From assembly GCA_963767925.1 (NCBI GenBank), contig CAVYGB010000008.1, positions 672,001 to 736,000 on the forward strand: DNA of 64,000 bases. Reading direction: 5' to 3'. Source of the DNA: an uncultured delta proteobacterium. GTDB taxonomy: Bacteria; Myxococcota_A; Polyangia; Fen-1088. The position numbers and the translations under genes were made by a program. Below are positions 1 to 9,742 of the stretch, one piece after another (position 1 is the stretch's first letter; each line of letters begins with the position of its first letter). The notes under the pieces were generated by a model, which saw only the letters and a program-made list of their open reading frames with translations, did no database searches and was not told the origin of the DNA.

Positions 1-407
1 CCCGCGAGCTGCTGGCCCGCCTGGGGGCGATCTTGCGCCGGACGCGGGCCCCGGCGGGGGCGGGAGCTGACGACCCGCCGCCGCTGCGTTTCGGCCGCCT
101 GGAGCTGGACCGGGCCGCCCGCGAGGTCCGGGTGGATGGCGCGCGGCGGGAGCTGACCGGGCGCCAGTTCGACATGCTGGTGCTGCTGGCCGAGCGGGCG
201 GGGCGGGTGCAGTCGCGCGAGCAGATCATGGAGGCCCTCAAGGGGGAGGAGTGGGACAGCGTCGACCGGAGCATCGACGTGCACATCTCCCGTATCCGCA
301 ACGCCATCGAGGACGATCCCCGCCACCCCCGCTTCGTGCAGACGGTGCGCGGGGCCGGCTACGTCTTCCTGGCCGGCAAAGATCGCGAGAGCGGAGGGGC
401 GCCGTGA
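1..407 (+). CDS. OmpR/PhoB-family response regulator, 5'-truncated by the window edge
   Basis: Frame open from the window edge (RELLARLGAILRR); winged-helix motifs LTGRQFDMLVLLA, DRSIDVHISRIR, QTVRGAGY. Confidence 0.93.
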   Translation, partial: RELLARLGAILRRTRAPAGAGADDPPPLRFGRLELDRAAREVRVDGARRELTGRQFDMLVLLAERAGRVQSREQIMEALKGEEWDSVDRSIDVHISRIRNAIEDDPRHPRFVQTVRGAGYVFLAGKDRESGGAP

Positions 408-1705
408 GCCGGCGCCTGTACCTCAAGCTTTACTTGACGTTTCTGGGGGTGGCGGCCCTGGCCCTCGTCTCGGCCGGGCTGGCGGCCAACCACCTGCGCG
501 AGGGGGGCCCGCCGCACTTTCGCTACGTCGGCGCGCTGGCCCGGGTGGTGCTGCGCGAGCCGCCCGGGCCGCCCCGGGACCTGCGCCCGCGCATCCAGGA
601 GCTGGCCGCCGAGCTGGACCTCGACGTCGCGGTCTGGGACGGCGCGGGCCGGCCCCTGGCCGAGGCCAGCCGGGGCCCCTTTCCCCCGCCCGCCCGCTGG
701 CGGGGCGGCTGGCACCGGGGCGGGACCTTCCTGATCCCGCTCGACGGAGGCCGCTACCTCGGGGTGCGCGAGCGGGGACCGAAGCACAACCCGGGCGGGG
801 TCTTCCTGGGGGTGCTGCTGGTTGTGGCGGCGGTGATGGCGGCGGGCCTCTACCCGCTGTCCCGGGGGATCACCCGGCGGCTCGAGCACCTGGCCGACGG
901 CGCCCGGCGCTGGGCCGGCGGGGACCTGGGCCACCGGGTGAAGATCGAGGGCGACGACGAGGTGGCGGCGGTGGCCAGCCGCTTCAACCAGGCGGCCGCC
1001 GCCATCGAGAGCCTCGTCGATCAGCAACGCCAGATGCTGGCCAACGCCTCGCACGAGCTGCGCTCGCCGCTGGCCCGCCTGCGCCTGGCCTTCGAGCTGT
1101 GCGCCGAGGAGCCCGATCCCGAGCGGCGGCGGGCGCTGGTGGACAAGGCTCACGCCGACATCGTCGACCTCGACGCCCTCGTCGAGGACGTCCTGCTGAC
1201 CGCCCGGGCCCAGCCGGGGGTGGCCCGCCGGCCCTTCGAGGAGGTCGACCTCGAGGCCCTGGTCCGGGCCGAGGCCGAGCGGCTGGGGGCCGAGGTGGTG
1301 GGCCAGGCGACGAAGCTGCCCGGCGATGCCACCATGTTGCGCCACCTCGTGCGCAACCTGCTCGGCAACGCCCACCTCCACGGCGGAGGGGCGGAGGTGC
1401 GGGCTCAGATCGAGCGCCAGGGGCCGACGGTGGTCCTCGCCGTCGAGGATCGGGGGCCGGGCGTGCCGGAGGACGAGCGCGAGAAGATCTTCGCCCCCTT
1501 TTACCGGCCGGCCGGCTCGCGGCAAGGGGGGGTGGGGCTGGGGCTGGCCCTCGTGCGGCAGATCGCCCGCTATCACCAGGGGGAGGTGCGCTACCTGCCC
1601 CGGCCCGGCGGGGGCAGCCGCTTCGAGGTCACCTTGCCGGGCCCGCCGCCTACTGGAGCGCCCGGGCCGGCAGATCGCGAGAGAGGGAGCGGGTCGCGCC
1701 GGTGA
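404..1705 (+). CDS. HAMP-domain sensor histidine kinase
   Basis: GTGA overlap with the regulator stop; two TM segments, HAMP, H-box ASHELRSPL, N-box NLLGNA, G1 DRGPG, G2 GVGLGL. Confidence 0.93.
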   Translation: MSRRLYLKLYLTFLGVAALALVSAGLAANHLREGGPPHFRYVGALARVVLREPPGPPRDLRPRIQELAAELDLDVAVWDGAGRPLAEASRGPFPPPARWRGGWHRGGTFLIPLDGGRYLGVRERGPKHNPGGVFLGVLLVVAAVMAAGLYPLSRGITRRLEHLADGARRWAGGDLGHRVKIEGDDEVAAVASRFNQAAAAIESLVDQQRQMLANASHELRSPLARLRLAFELCAEEPDPERRRALVDKAHADIVDLDALVEDVLLTARAQPGVARRPFEEVDLEALVRAEAERLGAEVVGQATKLPGDATMLRHLVRNLLGNAHLHGGGAEVRAQIERQGPTVVLAVEDRGPGVPEDEREKIFAPFYRPAGSRQGGVGLGLALVRQIARYHQGEVRYLPRPGGGSRFEVTLPGPPPTGAPGPADRERGSGSRR

Positions 1706-4592
1706 GGGCGTCGGCGGTCACCGCCACGTCGGGCTCCTTGCCGCTCAGCGAGCCGTGGCAGCCAGCGCAGATGCCGTCGAACAGGTTGCGGGGCACGCCG
1801 GGCGAGATGGCCTCCCCCGGGCCGAGCTGGTGCTCCTCGCGCATGGTGAAGAGCGGCTGGCGATCGCTGCCCTGCAGCTCCAGGATGAGGGGCCGGCCCG
1901 CCGGCAGCAACACCTTGACCGACCCGTCGGACTCGAGCGGCGCGGCCCCGAGCAGCTCGCGCTGGCTGTAGACCTGCTCGCTGCCGCTCAGCATCGTGGG
2001 ATCGAGGGTGGCCGAGGGGGGCGGGCTGACCGCGTAGACGGCGAGGAAGCGGGCGGCGTCGAACCGGGCGACGTTGCGCCCCCGGCGGAGGTTGGCGTCG
2101 AGCAAGGTGGCGAGGGCGGGCAGATCGGGGAAGTGCACGGTCGCCTCGGCGCCGCCGCCGCTGTCGCCGCCGAACACGAGCTGGGGGACGTTGCGGAACA
2201 GCAACCGCGACGAGCGGCGGTAGCCCAGGGTGGCCTCCACCAGCGACAGCGTCCCACCGGCCAGCAGCTCGCGGCGGGCGCCGGTGATGCCGTCGATCGC
2301 CACCAGGTCGTAGCGGGGCAGGTCGGCGGCCGGGTCGGCCACGTTGCCCGCGAACGAGGCGAGGATGGCCCCGTCGGGCAGGGGGAAGGGGGAGCGGTAG
2401 ACGCCCTGGGTCCCGGCCCGGCCGGTGGCCGCTTCGTCGGGCCGGTGCAGCGAGCGCAGGAAGGTCGTGTCGGTGCGGCCCTCCTCGAAGGGCCCGATCG
2501 AGCGGTTGAACACCGCCAGGGCGCCGCCGCCCCCGCGCGCGCCGGCGTCCGAGAGGATGAGGAGGAAGTTGCGGTCGAGCCCCTCGCGGATCTCGGTGGC
2601 CTGCTGGTAGCCGACCGAGGGCGCCAGGTTGCCGTAGCTGTCGTCGGAGCGGGCGCGCTGGGCCAGCAGGGGGTGGTAGTCGGTCAGGTCCCAGTTCAGG
2701 CGCCGGCCCGAGAGCTGGTAGAAGTCGGGGGAGGCCTTCTCGGTCGTGAACGAGAGCTGCCCGTTCTGCATGAAGGCCGGGCCGATCTCGCTGCCCGAGA
2801 GCACGGTCATCGCCTCGGGCTGGCCGAAGTCCAGGGCCGGGCCGACCCGGTACAGGTCGGCGTTGGGCAGCAGCCGCTTCAGGGTGAGCCCGCCCCGGCG
2901 GGTGGAGGCGTAGACCAGGCTGCCGTCGGGGGCGAAGACCGGATCGAAGTTGTGCACCCGCACCGGGCCGGCCAGGTGGCCGCCGTCTTCGGTCAATCGG
3001 CGGCAGCGGCCGGCGGCCGGCTCGAGCAGCCACAGGTCGAGCCCACCGGCTTGCCCCGGCCGGGCGGCGAACACGAGGCGGCTGCCGTCGTGGCTCCACT
3101 CCGGACCCCGCACGTCGAGGTCGCTGCGGCCAGCCAGGCCGGCGCAGGGGCCGAGGGCGTCGCGCGGGTCGACCACCTGCTCGATGCGCCCGTCGGGGCC
3201 CAGGACCGCGTCGGCCAGGCGGAGCTCGGCCCCGCCCCGGAAGGTGTCGAACTCCAGGGGGCCGTCGGGATCGGCCGGGCGGGCGACGAAGGCCAGCGGC
3301 AGGATCGAGCCGGGCTCCTGGGGCGAGACCAGCGCGGCGTGGTCCAGCCGTTCCAGGCGGTGCCACTCCTTGATCGTGCAGAAGGCGGAGGCGCTGCCCG
3401 GCTCGAAGGGGGTGGGGCAGGGGGCGCGGCTGTCGGCGCCCGGGCCCTCGAGCAGGGCGCCGCCCCGGTGGGTGATGCCGCCGTTGAGGGGAAACAGGTT
3501 CTTTTTCACCAGGCGCGACTGGCGCACGTCCGGCGTGTCGAGGGCCATGAACTCGAGCAGGGCGGTCTCGTAGTTGCGGTGCAGGGCGATGGGCGAGAGG
3601 AAGCCCACCGAGCCGGGCCGCAGCCGGAAGTCGTTGAAGCCGTTGGGGCTGTGACAGGTCTCGAGCGCGCAGCCGCGCTTGATCAGCACCGGCATGACGT
3701 GCTGGCCGAAGAAGGCCTCCCCCGTCGATCGCACCGGCGGGGGCAGGGGCTGGGCCTGCACCTCCTCGGCGAAGGCCTGCAGGAGGCGCCAGCCGTCGGC
3801 CGCCCGGTCGTTGAAGAAGGTGCCGCCGGTGTGGCTGAGCCCGCCGGCCCGGGGCGACAGCGGGCGCAGCAGCAGCTCGCTCTGCTCGGGCCGGTCGGGC
3901 GCCGCGGCCACGAAGCTGGCGGCGCGGGCGAAGTTGGCGTCGAGCTGGGCGTCGGTCTCGCCGCAGGTGAGGAAGAAGTCGGCCTGGGGCGAGCTGTGGC
4001 AGTTGGAGAAGGCGCAGGAGGCGCGCAGCAGCGGCGCCAGGTCGCGGGCGAAGCGCTGGTAGGCGGCGCTGCTCCGATCGACGGCGGGCACGGTGGTGCC
4101 GGGGGGCAGAACCTGGGCGCAGGTGCCGGCCCCCGGGCGGGCGGCCGGCGCCGGGCCGAGGCCGTCGCGGGTGGCCCCCTGGTCCATCCAGCGCTTGAGC
4201 TCGAAGAAGGCGTCGGAGGTGGGCGACAGGGTCTTGAGGCCGACGTGACGGATCTCGCTCGGAAGCAGCCGGCCGTCGTAGGGGATGAGGACGCTCTCTT
4301 CGGGGACCGCCTTCAGCAGCAGCAGGGGCTGGGGGTAGGCGCCGTAGTTGCGCAGGACGTCCCGCCGCCGCTGGACCGCCTCGAACGAGCTGAGATCCAG
4401 GTTGCCGAGCGCCACCCCCGTCGCCTCGTCGATCCGGTGACAGGGGGAGGTGTTGCCCACACAGAAGCCGTTGAAGATGGGCTGGATGTGCTCGTCGTAG
4501 TACCGCCGTTCGGGCGTGGCCTGCTTCTGGCAAGCCACGAGCCCGGCGGCGAGGAGCAGGGTCAGCGGGAGCGGTCGCGTCTGGGAGGTCAC
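1650..4592 (-). CDS. Multiheme cytochrome c / TolB-like beta-propeller lipoprotein with hydrazine synthase alpha-like C-terminal domain
   Basis: Lipobox LVAC; CVGNTSPCH, CAFSNCH, CALETCH and CAGCH motifs; PD40-like repeats (PEWSHDGSRLVFAAR, PVFAPDGSLVYAS); DGSVKVLLPAGRPLILEL resembles the HZS-alpha middle domain. Confidence 0.75.
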   Translation of the reverse strand: MTSQTRPLPLTLLLAAGLVACQKQATPERRYYDEHIQPIFNGFCVGNTSPCHRIDEATGVALGNLDLSSFEAVQRRRDVLRNYGAYPQPLLLLKAVPEESVLIPYDGRLLPSEIRHVGLKTLSPTSDAFFELKRWMDQGATRDGLGPAPAARPGAGTCAQVLPPGTTVPAVDRSSAAYQRFARDLAPLLRASCAFSNCHSSPQADFFLTCGETDAQLDANFARAASFVAAAPDRPEQSELLLRPLSPRAGGLSHTGGTFFNDRAADGWRLLQAFAEEVQAQPLPPPVRSTGEAFFGQHVMPVLIKRGCALETCHSPNGFNDFRLRPGSVGFLSPIALHRNYETALLEFMALDTPDVRQSRLVKKNLFPLNGGITHRGGALLEGPGADSRAPCPTPFEPGSASAFCTIKEWHRLERLDHAALVSPQEPGSILPLAFVARPADPDGPLEFDTFRGGAELRLADAVLGPDGRIEQVVDPRDALGPCAGLAGRSDLDVRGPEWSHDGSRLVFAARPGQAGGLDLWLLEPAAGRCRRLTEDGGHLAGPVRVHNFDPVFAPDGSLVYASTRRGGLTLKRLLPNADLYRVGPALDFGQPEAMTVLSGSEIGPAFMQNGQLSFTTEKASPDFYQLSGRRLNWDLTDYHPLLAQRARSDDSYGNLAPSVGYQQATEIREGLDRNFLLILSDAGARGGGGALAVFNRSIGPFEEGRTDTTFLRSLHRPDEAATGRAGTQGVYRSPFPLPDGAILASFAGNVADPAADLPRYDLVAIDGITGARRELLAGGTLSLVEATLGYRRSSRLLFRNVPQLVFGGDSGGGAEATVHFPDLPALATLLDANLRRGRNVARFDAARFLAVYAVSPPPSATLDPTMLSGSEQVYSQRELLGAAPLESDGSVKVLLPAGRPLILELQGSDRQPLFTMREEHQLGPGEAISPGVPRNLFDGICAGCHGSLSGKEPDVAVTADALTGATRSLSRDLPARALQ

Positions 4593-4602
4593 CGTTGCGA
4601 AC

Positions 4603-5466
4603 CTAGCGGGCGAGGCGGGAGCGGGCGGCGTGGGCCAGCGACCGCACCGACGGGTCGCGGTCGTGGCGGGAGGCGACGTCCAGCGGCTGGCCGGCCTGAC
4701 CGGCGGCCGCCCCGATCTCGCCGAGGGCCCAGGCGGCCTTGCGGCGCACGGCCGGGCTGTCGTCGGTCAGGAGGCGGTCGACAAGGGCCGGCGCCAGGGC
4801 GGCGGCGGGGGTCAGGCCGCGGGTGGCGCCGAGGGTGAAGACGGCCTCCGCCCGCACCTTCTCGTCGCGGTCGCGCAGCAGGGGCAGGGCGGCGGTGGGA
4901 TCGAGCGGCCCCCGCAGGTCGCGCAGGGCCACCAGGGCGGCGGCGCGCACCGACGCCTCGGGGGCGCCGAGCGCCTGGCGCAGGGCCGGCTGGGCGGCCG
5001 GCTCGCCGATGCGGCCCAGGGCCGCGGCCATGGCCCCGCGGGCCTCGGCGTCGAAGATCGGGTTCAGCAGGCCGGCCGACAGGGGCTCGACCGCCCGGGG
5101 GTAGCGCAGGCCGCCCAGCACGTCGGCGGCGTTGCGGGCCTTGATCGAGTCGGGCCGGGCCAGGCGCTTCACCATGTCGATGAACAGCTCCGAGCGCAGG
5201 CCCCGCCGGGCCAGCCACCAGCCGGCCACCCGCCGCACCCGGGCGTCGGCGTGATCGATCAGCGGCCGCACCATGGTCACGCAGGCGCTGCACACCAGGC
5301 GCTCGGCCCGCTCCAGCTCGGCGCTGATGGCGTCGACCGAGGTCGATGCGATGGCCCGCCGGATCGCCTCGGCGCTGGAGCCGCGCCCGGCCCGGGCCGG
5401 GGTGGGCAGCGCGACGAGGAGACCGAGGGCGAGCAGGGCGGGGACGGCAACGTTGCAGTGGCGCAT
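4603..5466 (-). CDS. Exported HEAT-repeat protein with CxxC
   Basis: ATG at 5466 after AAGGAG; signal peptide ending PARA; CSAC motif; repeated VRxxAAxALG helical units. Confidence 0.85.
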   Translation of the reverse strand: MRHCNVAVPALLALGLLVALPTPARAGRGSSAEAIRRAIASTSVDAISAELERAERLVCSACVTMVRPLIDHADARVRRVAGWWLARRGLRSELFIDMVKRLARPDSIKARNAADVLGGLRYPRAVEPLSAGLLNPIFDAEARGAMAAALGRIGEPAAQPALRQALGAPEASVRAAALVALRDLRGPLDPTAALPLLRDRDEKVRAEAVFTLGATRGLTPAAALAPALVDRLLTDDSPAVRRKAAWALGEIGAAAGQAGQPLDVASRHDRDPSVRSLAHAARSRLAR

Positions 5467-5519
5467 GGAGAGCTCCTTCCGGTTCACGGGTGTCGACTGG
5501 GGGTTGGTCGCCGGGCGGG

Positions 5520-7710
5520 TCACGGGGTGGCTCCCTTGTTCTCGCGGAAGAAGTACTGGGCGCCCATGTCGAGGTTGAGGATGATCCGGTAGTACTCGTC
5601 GGCGGTCAGCTCCTGGCCCCCGACGTCGCGGGGGTGGACGGCGCCCTCGAACGCCCGCACGTTCGGGTCGACGGTGGGGAAGCGCTGGGGCGGGTTGAGC
5701 TTCTGGATGAGGGCCGACCGGCGGGCGTGCCCCGGCGTCACGTACGACGGCATCCCCTCGGGGCTGATGATGTCGACGTCGTTCTCCCCGAGCTCCATGT
5801 CCAGCCCCAGCAGCGACACGTACGAGGCGGGGTAGTCGTAGTCCTGGCGTTCCCCCACCGTGAGGGCCACCGGCTGCGCCCGCAGGTCGAAGGTGAAGGT
5901 CTGCATGGTGCCCAGAGTGCTGTCCATGATGGTGTAGCTGCGGTTGCCCGCTTTGCTGGCGTCGCCGTCGTGGCAGCTGACGCACTTGCCGTCGAAGATC
6001 GGCTGGATGGCCAGGTTCCAGGGCACGCCCCGGATGCTGCTCGTAGCCGAAGTCCATCGAGACGCGCTCGGCGCGCGGCACGTCCAGGTTGACCGGGCCC
6101 GAGCTGCGCCGCCATCGGTGCTGCCGGGGGCGATGAGGGTCGGCTTGGCCCGGTCCTCGTGGCAGCCGCCGCAGGTGCGCTGCTCCCCCGGCGCGGCCGC
6201 TGATCCAGACGTCCTCGGTGGCCACCGACGAGGGCGAACTTGTCGATGAGCTGCATGTGCAGGGGGACGTTGGCCGGCACCCGCGCCGAGAAGGAGCCGT
6301 CGCTGTAGACCGGCACCTCGCCGTAGCGAGACTGGCCGTCGAACTCGGTCAGGCCGAACATGTCGGGGAAGCCCTCTTCGGCGGAGAAGCCCTCGAGCAG
6401 GCGCACCTTGGCCACCGAGCCGTGGGGCACGTTCTTGACCAGGCTGCTCTCGTAGACGTTGAGCGCGCTCAGCACGAAGCTCTGATCGGCGCCGGGGGCG
6501 GCGGGCGACTGGGTCACCGGCGGCTCGCGCCGGGCCTTCAGCGGGCGGGCCATCACATCCCAGCGCTCGGGGTCGTCGAACAAGCGGATAGCGGCGGCCG
6601 GTCGCCCCGTCCCACTGGAAGAGGTAAAGACCGAAGTTGGGCTTGGTCTGGGCCATGGCGAGCAGCGACGACTCCACCGGGCCATCGGCCCAGGAGGTCA
6701 GGAACTTCAGGTCCTTCGGATCGCCGATCGGCTCGGCGTCGTAGTAGCGGCCGATGCCGGGATCGGAGGGGATGCGATCACCGGGCACCTGGCGGGTCAT
6801 GTCGGTCACCTCGCGACAGCCGCTCGGCCTCGTGCAGGTCGACGAGCAGCAGCTTGCCGGCCTGCAGGGTGTTGTCGCGCGAGGTCGCCACCGTGACGAC
6901 GCGGAAGGTGTCGCGGCCGGAGGCGCCAGCGAGGGTGTCGACGTGGCGGGCCTTGAGGTAGCTGTTGGTGACCCCCCGCTCCTCGCCGCCGAAGGCCTCC
7001 CGCATGCCGGTCATGTCGGTGTTCATGAGGCGCAGGTGGCCGTCGTTGATGTCGCCCAGGTGACGCCACTCGGTGTACAGGACGTTGCCGTCGGGCAGCA
7101 GGGCGGGGGCCACCCGGTGCGAGACGTTGCGCGGCCCCAGCACCTCGCCGCTGCCGTCGACGTTGATGGTGCCGACCTGGGCGGTGGTCTGGCGCTCGTA
7201 TTCGTCCTGGAACTGCTTGGCGCCCGGCCTCCACCGACTTGGAGGTCGTGAACAGGATGCGTTGCCCGGGCAAGAAGATCGGGTACACGTGGTCGTAGCG
7301 GCCCCTCGGTGATCTGGCGCGGGTTGGACCCGTCGACGTTCAGCAGGAAGAGCTGGTAGTGGGCGTCGTCCTTGCGGCGGGCGGCGATGCACGATGGTGC
7401 CCGCGTCGAAGGAGAGATCCCAGGACATGATGTCGGCCTCGGCGAACATGGGATCGCCGGTCAGCGTGGTGAGGCGCCCGTCGGCCGAGGGGGGCTCCAG
7501 CTTCACGAGGCGCGCGCCGGGCTGGTAGCTCGTGTAGTCGAAGACGTTGCCCACCCCGTCGTTGCGGGCGGCCCGCTGCAGGAAGATGATGGCCCGCACG
7601 TCCTCGGGGATGCCCGGGCTCGACGACTGCGACTCGACCGTACATGAGCTGAGAGACGGCGCGAGGGCGGACAACAACGCGGCGGCCGGCAGAGCGCTTC
7701 TGAGCTTCAT
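5520..7710 (-). CDS. Hydrazine synthase alpha-like diheme lipoprotein, broken by about 10 apparent +1 frameshifts
   Basis: Lipobox LSSC; stitched frames give propeller repeats, [20 protein letters not shown]...[11 protein letters not shown] and [13 protein letters not shown]; no in-frame stops seen in the stitched path. Confidence 0.75.
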
Positions 7711-7722
7711 GCCGGGGGGATG

Positions 7723-7738
7723 TGCAAGGGGGTGGCCA
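7723..7738 (-). promoter_or_regulatory. sigma54 (-24/-12) promoter of the heme-protein operon
   Basis: Minus strand TGGCCACCCCCTTGCA: GG-N10-GC spacing, 12 nt upstream of the ATG at 7710. Confidence 0.7.
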
Positions 7739-7804
7739 GGGTCAGGGGGGCCGCCGGCCGCGGTTTTCCGGGCTCGCCGCCGTCAGCGGGGGCGCGGTAG
7801 CGGG

Positions 7805-7845
7805 GGAGTTGCGCAACTGCCCGATCGCGCCGGTTGCGCAACTCC
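7805..7845. promoter_or_regulatory. Paired palindromic operator/enhancer (GTTGCGCAAC x2)
   Basis: GTTGCGCAAC at 7808-7817 and 7833-7842; GGAGTTGCGCAAC...GTTGCGCAACTCC also forms a larger inverted repeat. Confidence 0.65.
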
Positions 7846-7912
7846 GCCTGCTCGCGCCGGGCCGCCGGCCGGGACACACTCAAGGGCGGGGATCGGGGCT
7901 GCGCCGCGGGGC

Positions 7913-9476
7913 ATGAGCGAAACGCGCCGGCTGGGGAAGTATCGACTGGTACGGCGGCTCGCCGTGGGCGGGGTGGCGGAGGTCTACCTGGCGGTGGCCG
8001 AGGGGCTGTCCGGCTTCGAGAAGCGGGTGGTGATCAAGCGGCTCATGCCCGAACACGGGCGGCGATCCGGAGCTGCTCTCGATGTTCCTCGACGAGGCCC
8101 GCCTGATGGCGCTGCTGCACCACCGCCACATCACCGAGGTGTACGACATCGGCGCCGAGGACGGCGAATACTTCTTCGCCCTCGAGCACGTCGACGGCTG
8201 CGACCTGCGCGATCTGCGCGATGGGCGGTCGGGGCAGCCCTTGCCGCTGGCGGCGGCCTTGACGGTGGTGGTGGCGGTGGCCGACGGGCTCGAGCACGCC
8301 CACGGCCAGCGGGGCGAGGACGGCAGCCTGCTGGGGGTCGTCCACCGGGACGTCACCCCCTCCAACGTGCTGTGCGGGCGCGGCGGTGAGGTCAAGCTGG
8401 CCGACTTCGGGGTGGCCAAGTGGACCGCCCAGCGCAGCCGCACCGAGCAGGGGACGATCAAGGGCAAGTTCGCCTACATGTCCCCCGAGCAGTGCCGGGC
8501 CGAGCCTCTCGATCGCCGGAGCGACGTCTTCGCCCTCGGCGTGATCCTCCACGAGCTGACCACCGGGTCCAAGCCGTTCGCGGGGGAGAGCGAGTTCGAG
8601 GTGCTGACCGCCATCGTCGCGGGCCGCAGCATCCCCCCCTCGCGGACGCGCCCGGGCTATCCGCCGGCCCTGGAGGTGGTGGTGGCCCGGGCGCTGAGCA
8701 CCGACCGGGCCGGCCGGTTCGCGACCGCTGGCGAGCTGCGCGACGCCTTGATCGAGACGGGCGCGGCGCTGGGGCTGACCCTCGGACCGGCGGCGGTGGC
8801 CGACATGGTCCAGTCCCGCGTCGCCGAGATGGAGAGATCCCGGACCGAGGAGCCACGTCCCGCACCGCTCGACCGCGGTCGCACCGCCACCGACCGGGCG
8901 GCCGCCCCCCGCCCATCGCCGGGCCCCGACCCGACTGCCGTGGCAACGCTCCGCCCATCGCCGGGCCCCGACCCGGCCGCCGAGCCGACCACCCGCCACC
9001 CGATCGCCCGGGCGGCCGCCGCCCTGGCGCTCGTCGCGCTGGTCGGCTTTGCGATCGGAGTCCGGCGACAACCGCCGCCGTCCGAACCGCCCTTCGCCCG
9101 TCAGCTCCCGACCGCGAGCGCGATCACCCCACCGACCGGCAGGACCCTGGCCGCAGGCACCGGCGAACGCGCCGTGGAGGCCGCCCCCTCCACCGGCACC
9201 GTGCGGCCGGCACCGCCACCCGCCGCGCCGCCCTCGCGAGCGATCGCCAGCGGCGTGGTAGAGCCGTCGAAGCCACCCAGCCTCGGCCCCCCGGCGATTG
9301 CCAAGCAGGGCGGCGCCTTGGATCGGGTCGCCAAGCAGGGCGGCGCCACCGATCGGCCGAAGTCGGTCGGCACCCGGCTCCCCAGCAAGAAGTTAGGCAA
9401 CCGCCTCGCCAGACCCGCCAAGCCCGCCGCCCCCGCCCTGCAGATCTGGGATCCCGACTCGGCGATCCTGCCCTAG
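7913..9476 (+). CDS. Membrane Ser/Thr protein kinase, one frameshift near 8057
   Basis: [33 protein letters not shown] helix; Pro-rich tail ending WDPDSAILP. Confidence 0.9.
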
Positions 9477-9525
9477 CCGCGAGCCCTCCTCGCCGCGTCT
9501 CTCCCGCAAGGCGCCCATGAACATC

Positions 9526-9653
9526 ACCTCTCCCGCGGTCTGCCGTGGGGAGAGGTCGGCGCGTCTGCGCGACGGGTGAGGGGCCTCCGGCGGGGCAACC
9601 GCCCCTCACCCTCGACCCTCTCCCCACGGTCGCAGACGGCCGCGGGGAGAGGG
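9526..9653. repeat. Two head-to-head REP-like palindromic units
   Basis: ACCTCTCCC..GGGAGAGGT (9526-9556) plus GGGTGAGGGG (9574-9583), mirrored by CCCCTCACCC (9602-9611) plus CCCTCTCCCC..GGGGAGAGGG (9616-9653). Confidence 0.75.
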
Positions 9654-9742
9654 CAAACCGGCAGGGGGGGTGTGCGACTGATCAGCACGTGGTCCCCGAG
9701 AGCCTCTGCCTCTGCCCCCCACATCCGTGAGAAAATGAGGCG

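Noticed and set aside
1326..4838. 1170-aa + strand ORF and similar long antisense or alternate-frame ORFs (e.g. 22802-25216, 30657-33287, 36511-39066, 55277-58027)
   Set aside because: Shadow ORFs of high-GC genes; no recognisable motifs, while the overlapping frame has clear family signatures
1650..7710. Anammox hydrazine synthase / anammox metabolism
   Set aside because: Only alpha-like architecture is present; no beta/gamma subunit or hydrazine dehydrogenase genes nearby, and the context is myxobacterial-like
5520..7710. Genuine pseudogene or programmed frameshifting
   Set aside because: All shifts are +1, no stops accumulate and motifs are intact, which fits consensus error better; cannot be excluded without reads
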